Virus record (IMG/VR): IMGVR_UViG_3300032053_011398
Source of the DNA: a virus
Reading direction: 5' to 3' (one strand)
DNA: 64,000 nucleotides
Shown: in pieces, positions 10,022 to 20,164 of the stretch
Layout of the letters: each line of letters opens with the position of its first letter
Position numbering within the stretch: position 1 is the stretch's first letter
Notes under the pieces: generated by a model
Databases searched by the model: none
Told to the model about the DNA's origin: nothing
What the model saw: only the letters and a program-made list of their open reading frames with translations
Translations under genes and position numbers: made by a program

Positions 10022-12517
10022 CTACGGTGAAATTGCCCACATGCTTGCGCTGGTTTTGATGTTTGTCCCCGGATTCACCATTAACTTGCGGTGCGTGGTC
10101 TCCTGGAACGCTATTATGAACTCATCCCGCCTCCGTTGAGCTTCTTCTTGCTTACGGTCGGCATTGGCCTTTGCAAGCGTATCTTTAATACTGAGTTGGG
10201 CACCGACGCCCTGCTTGCTAAGCTCAATTGACTTACGATCCTTCTCCGCCGTTTGAGCCTCCGCCGATGTGACAGAAGCCAGACCCATCCGCTCACGCGC
10301 CTCAGCCGTTGCGGGCAGGACGATAGCTTTGTATGCGGCGGCAGCCGCCTCTGTAGTCAATCCTCTAACCTTGCCGATATTTTGTTCCCAAATGCTCTGA
10401 ATGGTATCCTCTTTTCCCGTGTAGATCGCCTGCCGGATTTCAGCAGCCACTTCCTGCCAGCTCTTAGTGCCCTCCCTGGATTTGCCTACGATGGCGGCAG
10501 ATTTTGCGTTGGCTTTGGCATACCAAGCCTCCCCTATTTTCTCGGAAAGCGCCGCGATCCAGTTACCGGGAAACTTTTTATCATACCAGCGGCCCACGGC
10601 ATGGCTTGCGGCCCAGGCGGCGGCAACTGCCGCAACCGGCCCCATCACGCCGAGACGGCCAACCAAACCCCATATCCGCGTGTTCAAACCGGACGTAAGA
10701 GTATTCAGTTTGCCGAGACCTAAAACCCCGCTGTATTGAGTTTGGAACATTTTCGGCAGCCAGTTGCCAAGAAAGCCGCTGACTTTCGGCAAATGCGCAG
10801 CGACCGTTTTGCTGAGCAGGCTAAAACCAGTCCATTTGCTGACAAAACCGCTAAAGCCTTGAATCGCCTTGCCATAGGCAGCCTGTGCCGCCAATGACTT
10901 CGGCAGACCACCTACCCCACCCAATCCTCCGCGAGCAGCTTCCGCGATGGATGCCGCTGTGGCATTCTTGGCGACTTGTTTTAGCGCCAAGTAAAGCGCC
11001 CTTAGCGACCAAACCGCTTTGCCAATCACCGCTGGAAGGATAACAGCCGCAGCCCACATGGCATATTTATTCTCGGCGATAGAGGAGACGATTTTGGCGA
11101 TCCACTTGAGGGCTATGGACAAATATTCAATCCACGGGGTCAGCCCGCGCTGAATAAGCGCGAACAACGAATTTTTAATGAGGCCCAAAGACTTGTTGGC
11201 GTTGGCAATTTGTTCCTGCCAACGCGCCTGCAATTTCTGCTGTTCGTTCAACGGCTCATTGGCCTTGGCCATCATGTCCCGCCAATATGTGATCGCTTCG
11301 GCGCTGGTGCCGAACATCTGCGCGGCAGTTTCGAGCTGCGCGGTATAGGCCGCGCTGCCGGGGGCCGCACTGACGATGGACTTAATAATCCGGTCGATGC
11401 CCTCCATAGCTTGCTGTGCCCCTGCCTGGGTTCTAAGAGTGCCCGGAGCACCGACGCCAGCGAGGCCGCGAAGCATGAAGCCCTGGGCCGTCCCCTTGGT
11501 CATCTCACCAAACATCTTGACGACATCCTCGGCATTGCCGCCCACGTCCTTCATGCGGCCAGCCATCATCGCCACATAACCGGTAGCTTTTGACGTATTT
11601 CCTTCCAGCGGGCCAAGCAGCCGCAGGGCCTTGCCGATCTCTACGGCATAGCGCGTGGCTTCGTCTGCCATCAGAGAGGTCTGGTTGGCGATGGCCGCGA
11701 TCTGGTCGGCGACCTCGCGCACCGGAGTCTTCAAGCTGACTTCAAAAATCCGGGCGAGTTGGGCCGAGTTCTCGTAGGAGACGCCCAAGCCCTCCTCCAT
11801 CTCGACCATGACCTCCAGCGTGTCCTTGAAATTCTTCCGCAGATCGAAGCCGACACCTGTGAGCGCCTTGGCGGCAGCCAGCATCTCCGCCTGCGCATTG
11901 CCGGTCTTGGCCATGACCTCCCATACGTCGCGGGATAACTGCGCCCGGACAGAGGTCGCGCTGTTAGCTTCGATGAGCGATTGGTTCAGTGCGCCACTGC
12001 GCCTGATGGCGTCAGCAAAACCTTTGGCCACAGCGGCTTCGAGTGCCATTTCGACGCCTGACCATTTGGCATACTGCTGCTTGAAGCTGAGCAGCTTTTC
12101 GGCGAACGCCACTTCCTTTTCTGCCTGGTTTACCGCTTGCTTAGCCATATCAACAGCCTTCTGCTGATGCGGAAATATCCCAGTATATGTCGTGGTAAAC
12201 TGATTCAGTTGTTTTTGCTGCTTATCCAGCTCTGAAGTAGCTCCAGCCAGCTTATCCCGGCTGGCGGCGAGTGCTGTATTCATCTCCTCGATAGGAGTAA
12301 CCAGGGCTTGCGAGCCAATCTGCATCCACTTCGGCAAGTTGATGGTGCTCAGCAGTGTTTCCCTCATGCTGCGGTTATGGCCGCGAAGCTGTTGACCGAA
12401 CTCGGAAAAATTCTTAGCGATGCCCTTGGTCGAGTTTACCATCTTGTCCAGATTTTCCGTCGTCATCCGCACCAGATGCGCGACTGTTTCCAGTTCACGT
12501 TGTTCGTTCGAGGCCAT
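10022..12517 (-). CDS. putative tape measure protein
   Basis: 831 aa, Ala/Gly-rich helical protein with hydrophobic segments, in tail context. Confidence 0.65.
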   Translation of the reverse strand: MASNEQRELETVAHLVRMTTENLDKMVNSTKGIAKNFSEFGQQLRGHNRSMRETLLSTINLPKWMQIGSQALVTPIEEMNTALAASRDKLAGATSELDKQQKQLNQFTTTYTGIFPHQQKAVDMAKQAVNQAEKEVAFAEKLLSFKQQYAKWSGVEMALEAAVAKGFADAIRRSGALNQSLIEANSATSVRAQLSRDVWEVMAKTGNAQAEMLAAAKALTGVGFDLRKNFKDTLEVMVEMEEGLGVSYENSAQLARIFEVSLKTPVREVADQIAAIANQTSLMADEATRYAVEIGKALRLLGPLEGNTSKATGYVAMMAGRMKDVGGNAEDVVKMFGEMTKGTAQGFMLRGLAGVGAPGTLRTQAGAQQAMEGIDRIIKSIVSAAPGSAAYTAQLETAAQMFGTSAEAITYWRDMMAKANEPLNEQQKLQARWQEQIANANKSLGLIKNSLFALIQRGLTPWIEYLSIALKWIAKIVSSIAENKYAMWAAAVILPAVIGKAVWSLRALYLALKQVAKNATAASIAEAARGGLGGVGGLPKSLAAQAAYGKAIQGFSGFVSKWTGFSLLSKTVAAHLPKVSGFLGNWLPKMFQTQYSGVLGLGKLNTLTSGLNTRIWGLVGRLGVMGPVAAVAAAWAASHAVGRWYDKKFPGNWIAALSEKIGEAWYAKANAKSAAIVGKSREGTKSWQEVAAEIRQAIYTGKEDTIQSIWEQNIGKVRGLTTEAAAAAYKAIVLPATAEARERMGLASVTSAEAQTAEKDRKSIELSKQGVGAQLSIKDTLAKANADRKQEEAQRRRDEFIIAFQETTHRKLMVNPGTNIKTSASMWAISP

Positions 12518-12518
12518 A

Positions 12519-13073
12519 TCAAATCTTTGTAATCGTGCCGTTTTGGATTAAGTAGCGCCCCCATGAGGTCACGAATTCCGCGCCCACGGGCCACTGTCTT
12601 TCTTGGGCCAAAGTTTTCATGCGCTGGATGGCCCGCACCTGCTGCGCCCGGAAAGTCATGCCAAATGGAGTGTAAATCCTGTTGACGTATTTTCCTCCCA
12701 CGACCGGCGAAGGCACTTGAAAGTTCCACTCGATGTTGAGGTTATGGCCCGGCACGAGGTCATACCTGGAATAGACCTTGAACGCGGTCTGTTCCGAGGG
12801 ATGATACACGTCTTTGAAACCTATTCCTTCCTCCTCATCATCATCTTCCAGCACGATCCTGACAACCTCGGCTGCCCGCTCCTTGATCGCGTGCGGAACT
12901 TTTCCACCGGCATCGGTGTTCCTGAAGCCCGGCTTCAGGTGCTTTTGGTTGGTGAGGGTTGCCATCACGTTGATGAACTCCTGGGGCTGGCGCTTCATCG
13001 CCGCCAGACCTCTGCGCCGGGCGTAGGCTTTGGCCTCTAGCGGCAGGGGCAGCTCTTCTAGGTCATCACGCAT
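12519..13073 (-). CDS. hypothetical protein (possible internal head protein)
   Basis: Coupled ORF carrying AAEVVRIVLEDD motif. Confidence 0.7.
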   Translation of the reverse strand: MRDDLEELPLPLEAKAYARRRGLAAMKRQPQEFINVMATLTNQKHLKPGFRNTDAGGKVPHAIKERAAEVVRIVLEDDDEEEGIGFKDVYHPSEQTAFKVYSRYDLVPGHNLNIEWNFQVPSPVVGGKYVNRIYTPFGMTFRAQQVRAIQRMKTLAQERQWPVGAEFVTSWGRYLIQNGTITKI

Positions 13074-13462
13074 TATTGTCGCACGAGGCTGTGGGCCGCT
13101 GCCCGGATGGTCGTCAGGGCGTGCTGCTGCTCTGGCGATGGGTTGGTCAAACTGCTCTGGAGCCGCTTCAGCGCCGCCAGGATATTCCGAGCAACGGCAA
13201 CCTCGCGGCCTTCCAGGGCCGGGTCTTCGTGGTCTTCGGAAAGCAGCGTGGTGACGATGGCCGCGCCGATCTGTTGCAGGCTCTCGCCCTTCTTGGCAGG
13301 GAGACCTTTGTGCTTCGTCCCGGCGAACTTGGCCAGCTCGTCCTGGCTCATGCTGAGCATTTGCTTGGAAGCGCCAAACAACTCGCTTTTGGACTTTTCG
13401 CCCCTTTTCACAGCCAAGGCTGCGCCCGCCGCCCCTGCTTGAGCTTTGCTTAATGCTGGCAT
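13073..13462 (-). CDS. DUF3008-like protein
   Basis: MPALSKAQ..AAGAALAVKRGE..KSEL.GASKQM..MS..EL..FA.TK.KGLP matches the family pattern as recalled. Confidence 0.75.
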   Translation of the reverse strand: MPALSKAQAGAAGAALAVKRGEKSKSELFGASKQMLSMSQDELAKFAGTKHKGLPAKKGESLQQIGAAIVTTLLSEDHEDPALEGREVAVARNILAALKRLQSSLTNPSPEQQHALTTIRAAAHSLVRQ

Positions 13463-13588
13463 ATATCGTTCAGTTTAAGCTAGTTACATCATAATATCTA
13501 CGCGCACAAACTGTCCTGGCGCACTCTGCCAATATAACTACCCCCTGCTGGGCACGAAAGAAGTGTAAACAAAAGTGCATCAACCCTC

Positions 13589-13617
13589 TTGACAGCAAAC
13601 TTTTTATAGTTTACAGT
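13589..13617 (+). promoter_or_regulatory. sigma70-type early promoter
   Basis: TTGACA-N17-TACAGT. Confidence 0.7.
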
Positions 13618-13618
13618 T

Positions 13619-14758
13619 TTGACCAAAATGAACGAACGCATCAAAACCCTCACCGACTTTCTGGAGAAGACTTTTCCCCAGGCTTTTCACGCCGCCCACC
13701 CGCGCAACGTCACCCCGCCGCCCGGCTACACCAATCCGCGCTACTACGCAGCCTCGATGGTCGGCAATCTGATGGTGGTGCGTGATCCAGCCATGAACCA
13801 GTTGCCGCACCTGACAGCCTACATGACCACGCTGGCGCTCATGGCCAACAAGATGCCCACTTATTTCATCGCCTACGAGTTTTGCCTGGCCGTGGCCAAC
13901 ACCGACCTGCCGCTCGACTTCAAATTCGCCGAGATCAAGTGGCCGCTCAACGCGCAGCTCTTTGTGCTGCCCGACCAGTTCGTCGCGCAGTATTTCGGCT
14001 GCCACGCCCCATTCATCGCCGTGACCCGCTGCCCGGCTGGCAAATACCCCGATGTCCTCAAGGTGCCCTCCGTTGAGATTCCCTACACCCCAATGAATAA
14101 CCATGCGGACAAACTGGCCGTCGATTACCCCGTCTATCACGGCATGAATACGCCCATCGACTACAACGGCAACTACCCGATGAGCATGGGCATCGAAGTC
14201 TTCAAGAGCGCGGCCTGGGTGGATTCGACGATCTACGAGGAGGAATACCATGGTTTCACCTACAAGGCCAGCGGGAACGAACTGGCCGGTGACGCGGAGA
14301 AAATCTACGTGAACAAGATGCTCATGTTCGCCATGAAACTCCTCATGGCAGTCTCCTGCCGCCCAGGGCTGGTCGAACACGGCCAATGCACACGGCTCAT
14401 GAAGATCAAGAAGGGCCGCGTTGCCCACCGCGATATGTGGTCGCCCAACGTCATTGGCCGTAGCTACAAGATTCCGCGCCAGGGCATCATTACAACCGGC
14501 AGCACCGGGCCGCGCAGCAAGCCCCGATTCACTTTCCGGCGCGGCCACTATACCTGGCAAGCGAAGCGTTTCAAGGATGTGGAGTTCGTCTCCGTGGAAG
14601 CCATGCCCCACAAGGAAGATGGCACTATCGACTTCGACACCGCTGGCACCCCGCTGGCTGACAAGTTCCGCACCGTTCACGAGCGCCTGTGGATCGAGGG
14701 CATTCTCCTTGGGGATGGAGCAGATAGCCCTAGCAATTCCTGTGCCACACCGTCTTAA
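13619..14758 (+). CDS. hypothetical early protein
   Basis: 379-aa ORF with RRGHY motif seen in phage hypotheticals; ATG at 13628 is a likelier start. Confidence 0.8.
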   Translation: MTKMNERIKTLTDFLEKTFPQAFHAAHPRNVTPPPGYTNPRYYAASMVGNLMVVRDPAMNQLPHLTAYMTTLALMANKMPTYFIAYEFCLAVANTDLPLDFKFAEIKWPLNAQLFVLPDQFVAQYFGCHAPFIAVTRCPAGKYPDVLKVPSVEIPYTPMNNHADKLAVDYPVYHGMNTPIDYNGNYPMSMGIEVFKSAAWVDSTIYEEEYHGFTYKASGNELAGDAEKIYVNKMLMFAMKLLMAVSCRPGLVEHGQCTRLMKIKKGRVAHRDMWSPNVIGRSYKIPRQGIITTGSTGPRSKPRFTFRRGHYTWQAKRFKDVEFVSVEAMPHKEDGTIDFDTAGTPLADKFRTVHERLWIEGILLGDGADSPSNSCATPS

Positions 14759-14798
14759 TCGCATAAACTTTTATTCGATTAAAAGGATACGAACTCTA

Positions 14799-14827
14799 TT
14801 GACACTGGGCTGAAGATCGTTTACTTT
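14799..14827 (+). promoter_or_regulatory. sigma70-type early promoter
   Basis: TTGACA-N17-TACTTT. Confidence 0.65.
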
Positions 14828-14842
14828 ATCGCGTAACGATGG

Positions 14843-15670
14843 TTGAGCGTGATGCTCAACCGAAGAATGAAAGACGAAAACAACGAACGAATAGAGATTA
14901 TGAACGAATCAAAATTGATGCTCCACTGCGGCGGTCAGCTCGCAACCCGCGAACAAATCGCCGAAGTCGTGACTCCAAGTCCCACCCGAAGCTGGCAGCC
15001 CGTGCCACATATCCGCCTCATCGACGAGGTTGAGGCATCTCTCGAAACCTTCCAGATGCGCGTCGTGGCCTCGGCCTTCGCGCTCGCCAAAGAAGGCACC
15101 CGGTTCTTCGGTCTTATGCAGGTTGCCCTGGCCGACCGCGAAGAGAAGGACTACGGCTACGTCGTCAGCCTCCGCAACGCCCACGATAAAGCTTGGCAGA
15201 TCATGATGGGCGTCGGCTTGAATGCCTTTGTGTGCGACAACCTCTCGTTCTCAGCCGAAATCCAGGTGCTCCGCAAGCACACCAACCGCGTGCTCCTCGA
15301 CCTCCCCAACCTCGTTGGCCGCGCCACTGGCCAGCTCGCCGAACGCTGGAACGACCAGGGCACCCGCATCGAGGCTTACAAGACCCATGAGCTGACCGAC
15401 AGTCAGGCCAATGACCTCATCGTTCGCGCCTATGAAGGCGGCGTAGCCCCGATCACCATCCTGCCGGAAGTCATCACCGAGTGGCGCACGCCGAGTCACC
15501 CGGAGTTCGCCGAGAGCAAGAACGTGTGGCGGCTGTTCAACGCCTTCACTCAGGGTCTCAAAGGCAATCTGTGGGCGCTCCCGAAGCGCACCCAGGCCCT
15601 CCACGCGCTGATGGATGGACAGGTCGGCCTCCTGGCCCGCCAGACGGCGATGACGATCAGCGCCAACTAA
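14843..15670 (+). CDS. DUF932/DUF945-family protein
   Basis: SWQPVPH, LRNAHD, FVCDNL, RKHT, VWRLFNAFT motifs. Confidence 0.8.
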   Translation: MSVMLNRRMKDENNERIEIMNESKLMLHCGGQLATREQIAEVVTPSPTRSWQPVPHIRLIDEVEASLETFQMRVVASAFALAKEGTRFFGLMQVALADREEKDYGYVVSLRNAHDKAWQIMMGVGLNAFVCDNLSFSAEIQVLRKHTNRVLLDLPNLVGRATGQLAERWNDQGTRIEAYKTHELTDSQANDLIVRAYEGGVAPITILPEVITEWRTPSHPEFAESKNVWRLFNAFTQGLKGNLWALPKRTQALHALMDGQVGLLARQTAMTISAN

Positions 15671-15715
15671 CCCCGCACCCCAACGGGGGCCGGGAGTCCG
15701 GCCCCCAATAAACGT

Positions 15716-16099
15716 ATGCTCGACCCAATCCCCACGTTCGCTGTGCAGGCCATCATTAACGGGTGCGACGCCACGGTCATCAACGACCTCGCCCGCGTCC
15801 TGCGCGAGCCGATGTCCTGGCAGTCCGGGTCACCGGAACCCATGCCGAAGAACACGCGCATGTGGGAGGCCAACGTAGGCGATTGGCAACTCGTTCTGGT
15901 GGACTTCGACATCTCCGAGCAGGAGGGCCGCAAGCCCGGCGACCGGGGCCAGAACGTGAGCATGAGCAACAAAAAAGCGGACCTCATTCTTATGTCTGAC
16001 GGGATCATGCAGCACGAGGTCGCCCGCTGGCTTTTTGAACGTATGGATCAATATGGCGGCGGCAAGTCGGGCGCAGCCTGGAAAGTCAAACCAAACTGA
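15716..16099 (+). CDS. hypothetical protein
   Basis: ORF in the early plus-strand operon. Confidence 0.7.
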   Translation: MLDPIPTFAVQAIINGCDATVINDLARVLREPMSWQSGSPEPMPKNTRMWEANVGDWQLVLVDFDISEQEGRKPGDRGQNVSMSNKKADLILMSDGIMQHEVARWLFERMDQYGGGKSGAAWKVKPN

Positions 16100-16101
16100 G
16101 T

Positions 16102-16329
16102 ATGGACGCAACAATCAAAACCCCGAAGAACCTCCAAGCCGTCCTGGATTGGTGCGACGCGCACCGCCCTGACCTCAAGCCGGTCATCGAGCATGAGCGC
16201 AACAACGAAGGGTTCATCCTGCTGATGTCGGTCGGCTTTGAGGCTGGCCGACAGTTTCAGGCGAGCAACCCCGTTGACGGCGATGGAAAGACCCTTCCCC
16301 TCAACCAACCTCACCTTTACTGGGAGTGA
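16102..16329 (+). CDS. hypothetical protein
   Basis: Coupled small ORF. Confidence 0.65.
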   Translation: MDATIKTPKNLQAVLDWCDAHRPDLKPVIEHERNNEGFILLMSVGFEAGRQFQASNPVDGDGKTLPLNQPHLYWE

Positions 16330-16332
16330 ATT

Positions 16333-16659
16333 ATGATAGATGCCATTATTATCATTTGGATAGTCGTCAGTCTAATCAATTGGGCGATGAAAAATGAATC
16401 CGACATCTTCACCTTCATCTGTGTTTGGCTGTTGGGCGGCACACCCATGGCGCTCATCGGTGTCGGGATTCTCAGCATCGTTCTATTCGGAGTTGATCGG
16501 TCGCCCACGGATGGCGGTGTTCTCACGATGCTTATTATTTCGCTAATTATTGGCCTGTTCGTTGCAGCCGCAATGACGACCGACGCTTCCAAGGATCGGA
16601 AAGACGAGCCGCCAGTCGAAAAGACTCCCGCCCCGCCAGTCGAAAAGCCGCGCCAATAA
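16333..16659 (+). CDS. small membrane protein
   Basis: About three hydrophobic segments and a PPVEK repeat tail. Confidence 0.7.
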   Translation: MIDAIIIIWIVVSLINWAMKNESDIFTFICVWLLGGTPMALIGVGILSIVLFGVDRSPTDGGVLTMLIISLIIGLFVAAAMTTDASKDRKDEPPVEKTPAPPVEKPRQ

Positions 16660-16805
16660 TCGTTCTTCAATCCTGATTGACTGCATATCCAGAACTTAAA
16701 GCAGCGCATACTCTCTGTCAACATTTCTTTCCTAACAAGGTTGGGTTATTTTAAATGCTCAATAGAGGTGCATTAGATAGGTGAATGTCATCAGGTGTAG
16801 CCAAT

Positions 16806-16833
16806 AAAAAACCCCCATTTTCATGGGGGTTTT
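16806..16833 (-). terminator. intrinsic terminator after the major capsid gene
   Basis: AAAACCCC..GGGGTTTT hairpin followed by a T run on the minus strand. Confidence 0.75.
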
Positions 16834-16855
16834 CGAGATTGTCGGTTAGCCTCGC

Positions 16856-18310
16856 TTAACCGATTACGCTGCCAAAAGTTGTGGGGCTGTTGACAACGAG
16901 GCCACGGCAAAACATTTTCGAGTTAATCATTTTGCGTGCGAACGAAGTTGCGAACCCGCGCTGGTGGATGAAGTCCGGGAGCACCACGTCGGGCGTGGTG
17001 TAGAGCTTCTGGTATTCCGCCAGCACATATCCCGTCGTGAGGAACTGGTCGCCCTTGTGCCCGACCAGCCACTCGTTGACCGGAAAGTGCGGGTCAGCGA
17101 AGACCTTCTTGTTGCCGAGGTCACCCAGGTAGGTGACGCCCTGCATCTGCGTCCGGGCGTTGCGAGCCACGAACTGGGGCAGCGTGGCAACGACCGTTGC
17201 AGCCTGAAGACCGAGGAGCAGCCAGTTTCCGGCGACCATGTTCGTGGCCCCGAAGATGAAGTTGCTCGCCGTCTCGAAGGCGTCGATGATGGAGAACTTG
17301 TGGGTCTGGTAGTTCACCGAGGGCGGGGCCACGGCGTCCCATACCACGAAGCCAGCGTCGGCACGCGCCCGGAGGTCGAAGATCACCTGGCGGTGCTTTT
17401 GATAGGTCAACGCATTCGTCAGGGCGTTGAGCAGGACGCTCTCCGCCTTGATGTTATACATCGCCTGGAGGTTTTGGTCGGCTTCTTCGGACCACAGAGT
17501 CTTGAGCTTCATCACCTTCGCCGTAACCGGCGTGGAGCTGAGCTTCATCTCGTAGTCCTGGATGTTCAGGTTGCCTTCGGCGTTGAACGCATAGGTCACG
17601 CTGTAGGCTGCCGTTGCCCCCACACCCGTAACGGTGATGGCACCTGTGACGTAGTTGATCGTGCCGCCAGCGATAGTGCCGACCGGCAAGATACTGCCGT
17701 TGCTGTCGTCGGTGGTGACATCAGAACCAACGGTCACCGTCAAGGTGCCCGCACGGATCGGATACCACTCCAACTGACCGGCATTGCCGGACAGCACGCC
17801 CGACTCGTCCTGGACGAGTTCGTCACCGTCGTCATCGCGGTCAACCGCGCCTTGCAGGGCACGCCACATGGGGGCGCCCGCAGGGGTGCGGCCTTTCCGG
17901 CGACCGGTCACAATGTCCATGTAAACGATCTGGCTCACCGGCCCGGCCATAGGCTGAAGCGCGACGAGCTGGTCGATCACATCGTTCTCCGACATGTTCG
18001 CAATGATGGGGAAAATCCACTTGTCGAACGTGCCCAGGGACGTGGTGCGCGTCACTTCGTCCAGTTGGCCGAAGCGGCTGCGGCAGTTTTCGAGCATGAT
18101 CGCCGTATAGGCCCGTTTGTGTTCGGGCATGTGGGCGACGAACTCCTTCCAGCCTTTGGCTTCCCAAAGGCCCTTGGGATTTTTGTCGGTAATTCCGACC
18201 GGCGTTTCGGCCAACTTATAGCCCCATTCCAGCGTCTCCGTGAAACGGGCGATATGACCGCCGTTGGTCGCCAGCATCGGCCTACCGGTTAGTGCATCTT
18301 GTATAACCAT
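16856..18310 (-). CDS. major capsid protein (T4 gp23-like)
   Basis: VALQPMAGPVSQI, VTAKVMKLKTLWSEEADQNLQAMY, GHKG, GYVLAEY, F..QRGFATSF. Confidence 0.9.
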   Translation of the reverse strand: MVIQDALTGRPMLATNGGHIARFTETLEWGYKLAETPVGITDKNPKGLWEAKGWKEFVAHMPEHKRAYTAIMLENCRSRFGQLDEVTRTTSLGTFDKWIFPIIANMSENDVIDQLVALQPMAGPVSQIVYMDIVTGRRKGRTPAGAPMWRALQGAVDRDDDGDELVQDESGVLSGNAGQLEWYPIRAGTLTVTVGSDVTTDDSNGSILPVGTIAGGTINYVTGAITVTGVGATAAYSVTYAFNAEGNLNIQDYEMKLSSTPVTAKVMKLKTLWSEEADQNLQAMYNIKAESVLLNALTNALTYQKHRQVIFDLRARADAGFVVWDAVAPPSVNYQTHKFSIIDAFETASNFIFGATNMVAGNWLLLGLQAATVVATLPQFVARNARTQMQGVTYLGDLGNKKVFADPHFPVNEWLVGHKGDQFLTTGYVLAEYQKLYTTPDVVLPDFIHQRGFATSFARKMINSKMFCRGLVVNSPTTFGSVIG

Positions 18311-18364
18311 AGGTTTCGATTTTCTCTTTGTTATTTACTGTTCCGGCTAGTCGGCTGACAACCA

Positions 18365-20014
18365 TCAGCCGTTCACGCTCGCCTTCGACAGCCGCGTCAC
18401 CATTCCAATGGCTTCGTTAAGGCCGCGAGGATCGGTCGGCGTTGCACTGATGATCGTTAACCCTTCGGTAACCGGGGCCTTGGGGCTACCTTCGGCTGGC
18501 GGAGCCGCAGGTTTCTTTCCCTCCGTCACGGACGGAGCCGCCGCCCCTGACTTTTTGGTCTCATCGACCTTGCCAGCGGGTGGATTGGTTTTGCCTTCGC
18601 AAAGGGCGCGGATGGCAACCAGGTCACGAGGCTTGGTCGCTTCCTTGAGCGCCTTCTGGATTTCGGGCGTCTGAGCCTTCTCGGCGAACTCCAGTTGGAT
18701 GACGCGCCTGCCCATCTCAGTCACGTCCGCCTTATACTTCGAGGCGAGCTGCTGGAGGGCTTCGGACGCCATCATGAAGCGGCGGCGATACTTGGCCGAC
18801 TCGGCTTCATTGACCTTGGCCAGTTGACGCCAGGCTTGGCCGCGCTCCACGACTTCGTTGAGCAGGGCCGATTGACGACCGACCTGTTTGATGGACTCGC
18901 CGAGCTTGTTCTTGAAGGTCAGGCCCGTCTGCGCGACAGCCTTGATGACCTGCATGAGCTTGGTGTTGTCCTCGTTCAGCTTCGAGGCCCGTTTGCCGGG
19001 CGCGAGCTGCGCTTCCTGCCAGGTGTTCTCAATGGATTTGATCTCGTCATGAAGTTGCTGGCCATTCCAGGAACGCTTCGCGTCCTCGGCAACAAAATTG
19101 GCAACCTCCTGATGGAGCGCACCCAGTTGAGACATCCCTTCGGCAAACCGCTGCGGGCCGAGCTTGGAAGGTTCCAAACCCCGGAACGTAGCAATCGTCG
19201 TTTTGATTTCGTTCAGGTTCATAGCTTTTTCTTGGGATGATTCCGTTGTTTTCACCGGAGTTGACGCCCCGGATGTTGGAGCCTGAGAACCCCGCTCAGC
19301 TTCCAAAGTGGTTTGTTGCAGTGGGACAGCCGGGGCCGCAGGAGCAACTGGCGCTGTCGTCTCGGAAATAGGCGCAACACCTGAAGACGGCAAAGCAGCC
19401 TTTTTCTCGGCTGCCTCGGCGGTAACTGCCTCGCGTTGTGGCTTCATCTCGGCAGTCTCGAAGGACGGCTTCATCACAATGTCCGCGCCTTCGCACACGT
19501 AATCTTCTTGGACATCATCCGCGCCATCTGAGGCGCGAACCAAGGAGCCGAACCCACGGGTCGAAACCAAAGGATTGTAATTGGTGGTCTCGACAAGGGT
19601 CTTGATGCGGTCGCCATCTGGGAAGCCAGGGCCAGAGAGGACTTGAATTTCGCCCACAACCTCCCATATCTCCTTGCCCTTTTCATCGGTGCCTTTTTGA
19701 AGCTTGGCCTCGGTGAGCAGGTGGGAAATGGGGGAGCGCCAGTTAACCGCGCCATCAGTCGGGTGCTCCAAGAGGCCGAACGCGGCACTCTTGCCGATGG
19801 ACTGCATGAGCACGGAGCCAGGCTCCAAATTCTTCTCCCAAACACGCTTGCCGTAGCGCCGACCATTGCCGTTGAGCGTGTCGCACAGGCTAATGCGGCC
19901 AGGCATCCGCGTCCGGCTGCCCCCGTTGGGGAGGCTTTCGGTGATGATCTTGTTCCGATCAACAATGAAAGGGACGGCCCCTTTCAAGCCTTCAGCAAGG
20001 TATTGTCGTGCCAT
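18365..20014 (-). CDS. prohead protease (gp21-like) fused to scaffold-like coiled coil
   Basis: NGNGRRY, FGLLEHP, ISH, VSTRGFGS, DIVMKPS; helical C-terminus rich in (L/I/V)xE sites. Confidence 0.88.
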   Translation of the reverse strand: MARQYLAEGLKGAVPFIVDRNKIITESLPNGGSRTRMPGRISLCDTLNGNGRRYGKRVWEKNLEPGSVLMQSIGKSAAFGLLEHPTDGAVNWRSPISHLLTEAKLQKGTDEKGKEIWEVVGEIQVLSGPGFPDGDRIKTLVETTNYNPLVSTRGFGSLVRASDGADDVQEDYVCEGADIVMKPSFETAEMKPQREAVTAEAAEKKAALPSSGVAPISETTAPVAPAAPAVPLQQTTLEAERGSQAPTSGASTPVKTTESSQEKAMNLNEIKTTIATFRGLEPSKLGPQRFAEGMSQLGALHQEVANFVAEDAKRSWNGQQLHDEIKSIENTWQEAQLAPGKRASKLNEDNTKLMQVIKAVAQTGLTFKNKLGESIKQVGRQSALLNEVVERGQAWRQLAKVNEAESAKYRRRFMMASEALQQLASKYKADVTEMGRRVIQLEFAEKAQTPEIQKALKEATKPRDLVAIRALCEGKTNPPAGKVDETKKSGAAAPSVTEGKKPAAPPAEGSPKAPVTEGLTIISATPTDPRGLNEAIGMVTRLSKASVNG

Positions 20015-20164
20015 GATTACATGTAGTCTGCAAAACTACATGTAACCACAAACGGGCGCAGTTGAAGTTGTAAATGTCAACGACTTGCACCTAAGCCGAT
20101 TGAAAACTAATTTGAAACTGCTAATATCCTTGATGTGGAAATTCCATGCTGTAATGTGGAATTT

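Noticed and set aside
16964-18292. Long antisense ORFs over real genes (also 13604-14764, 25371-26366, 27873-29006, 38500-39555)
   Set aside because: Shadow frames caused by GC3 bias; no motifs, and they fully overlap well-supported genes
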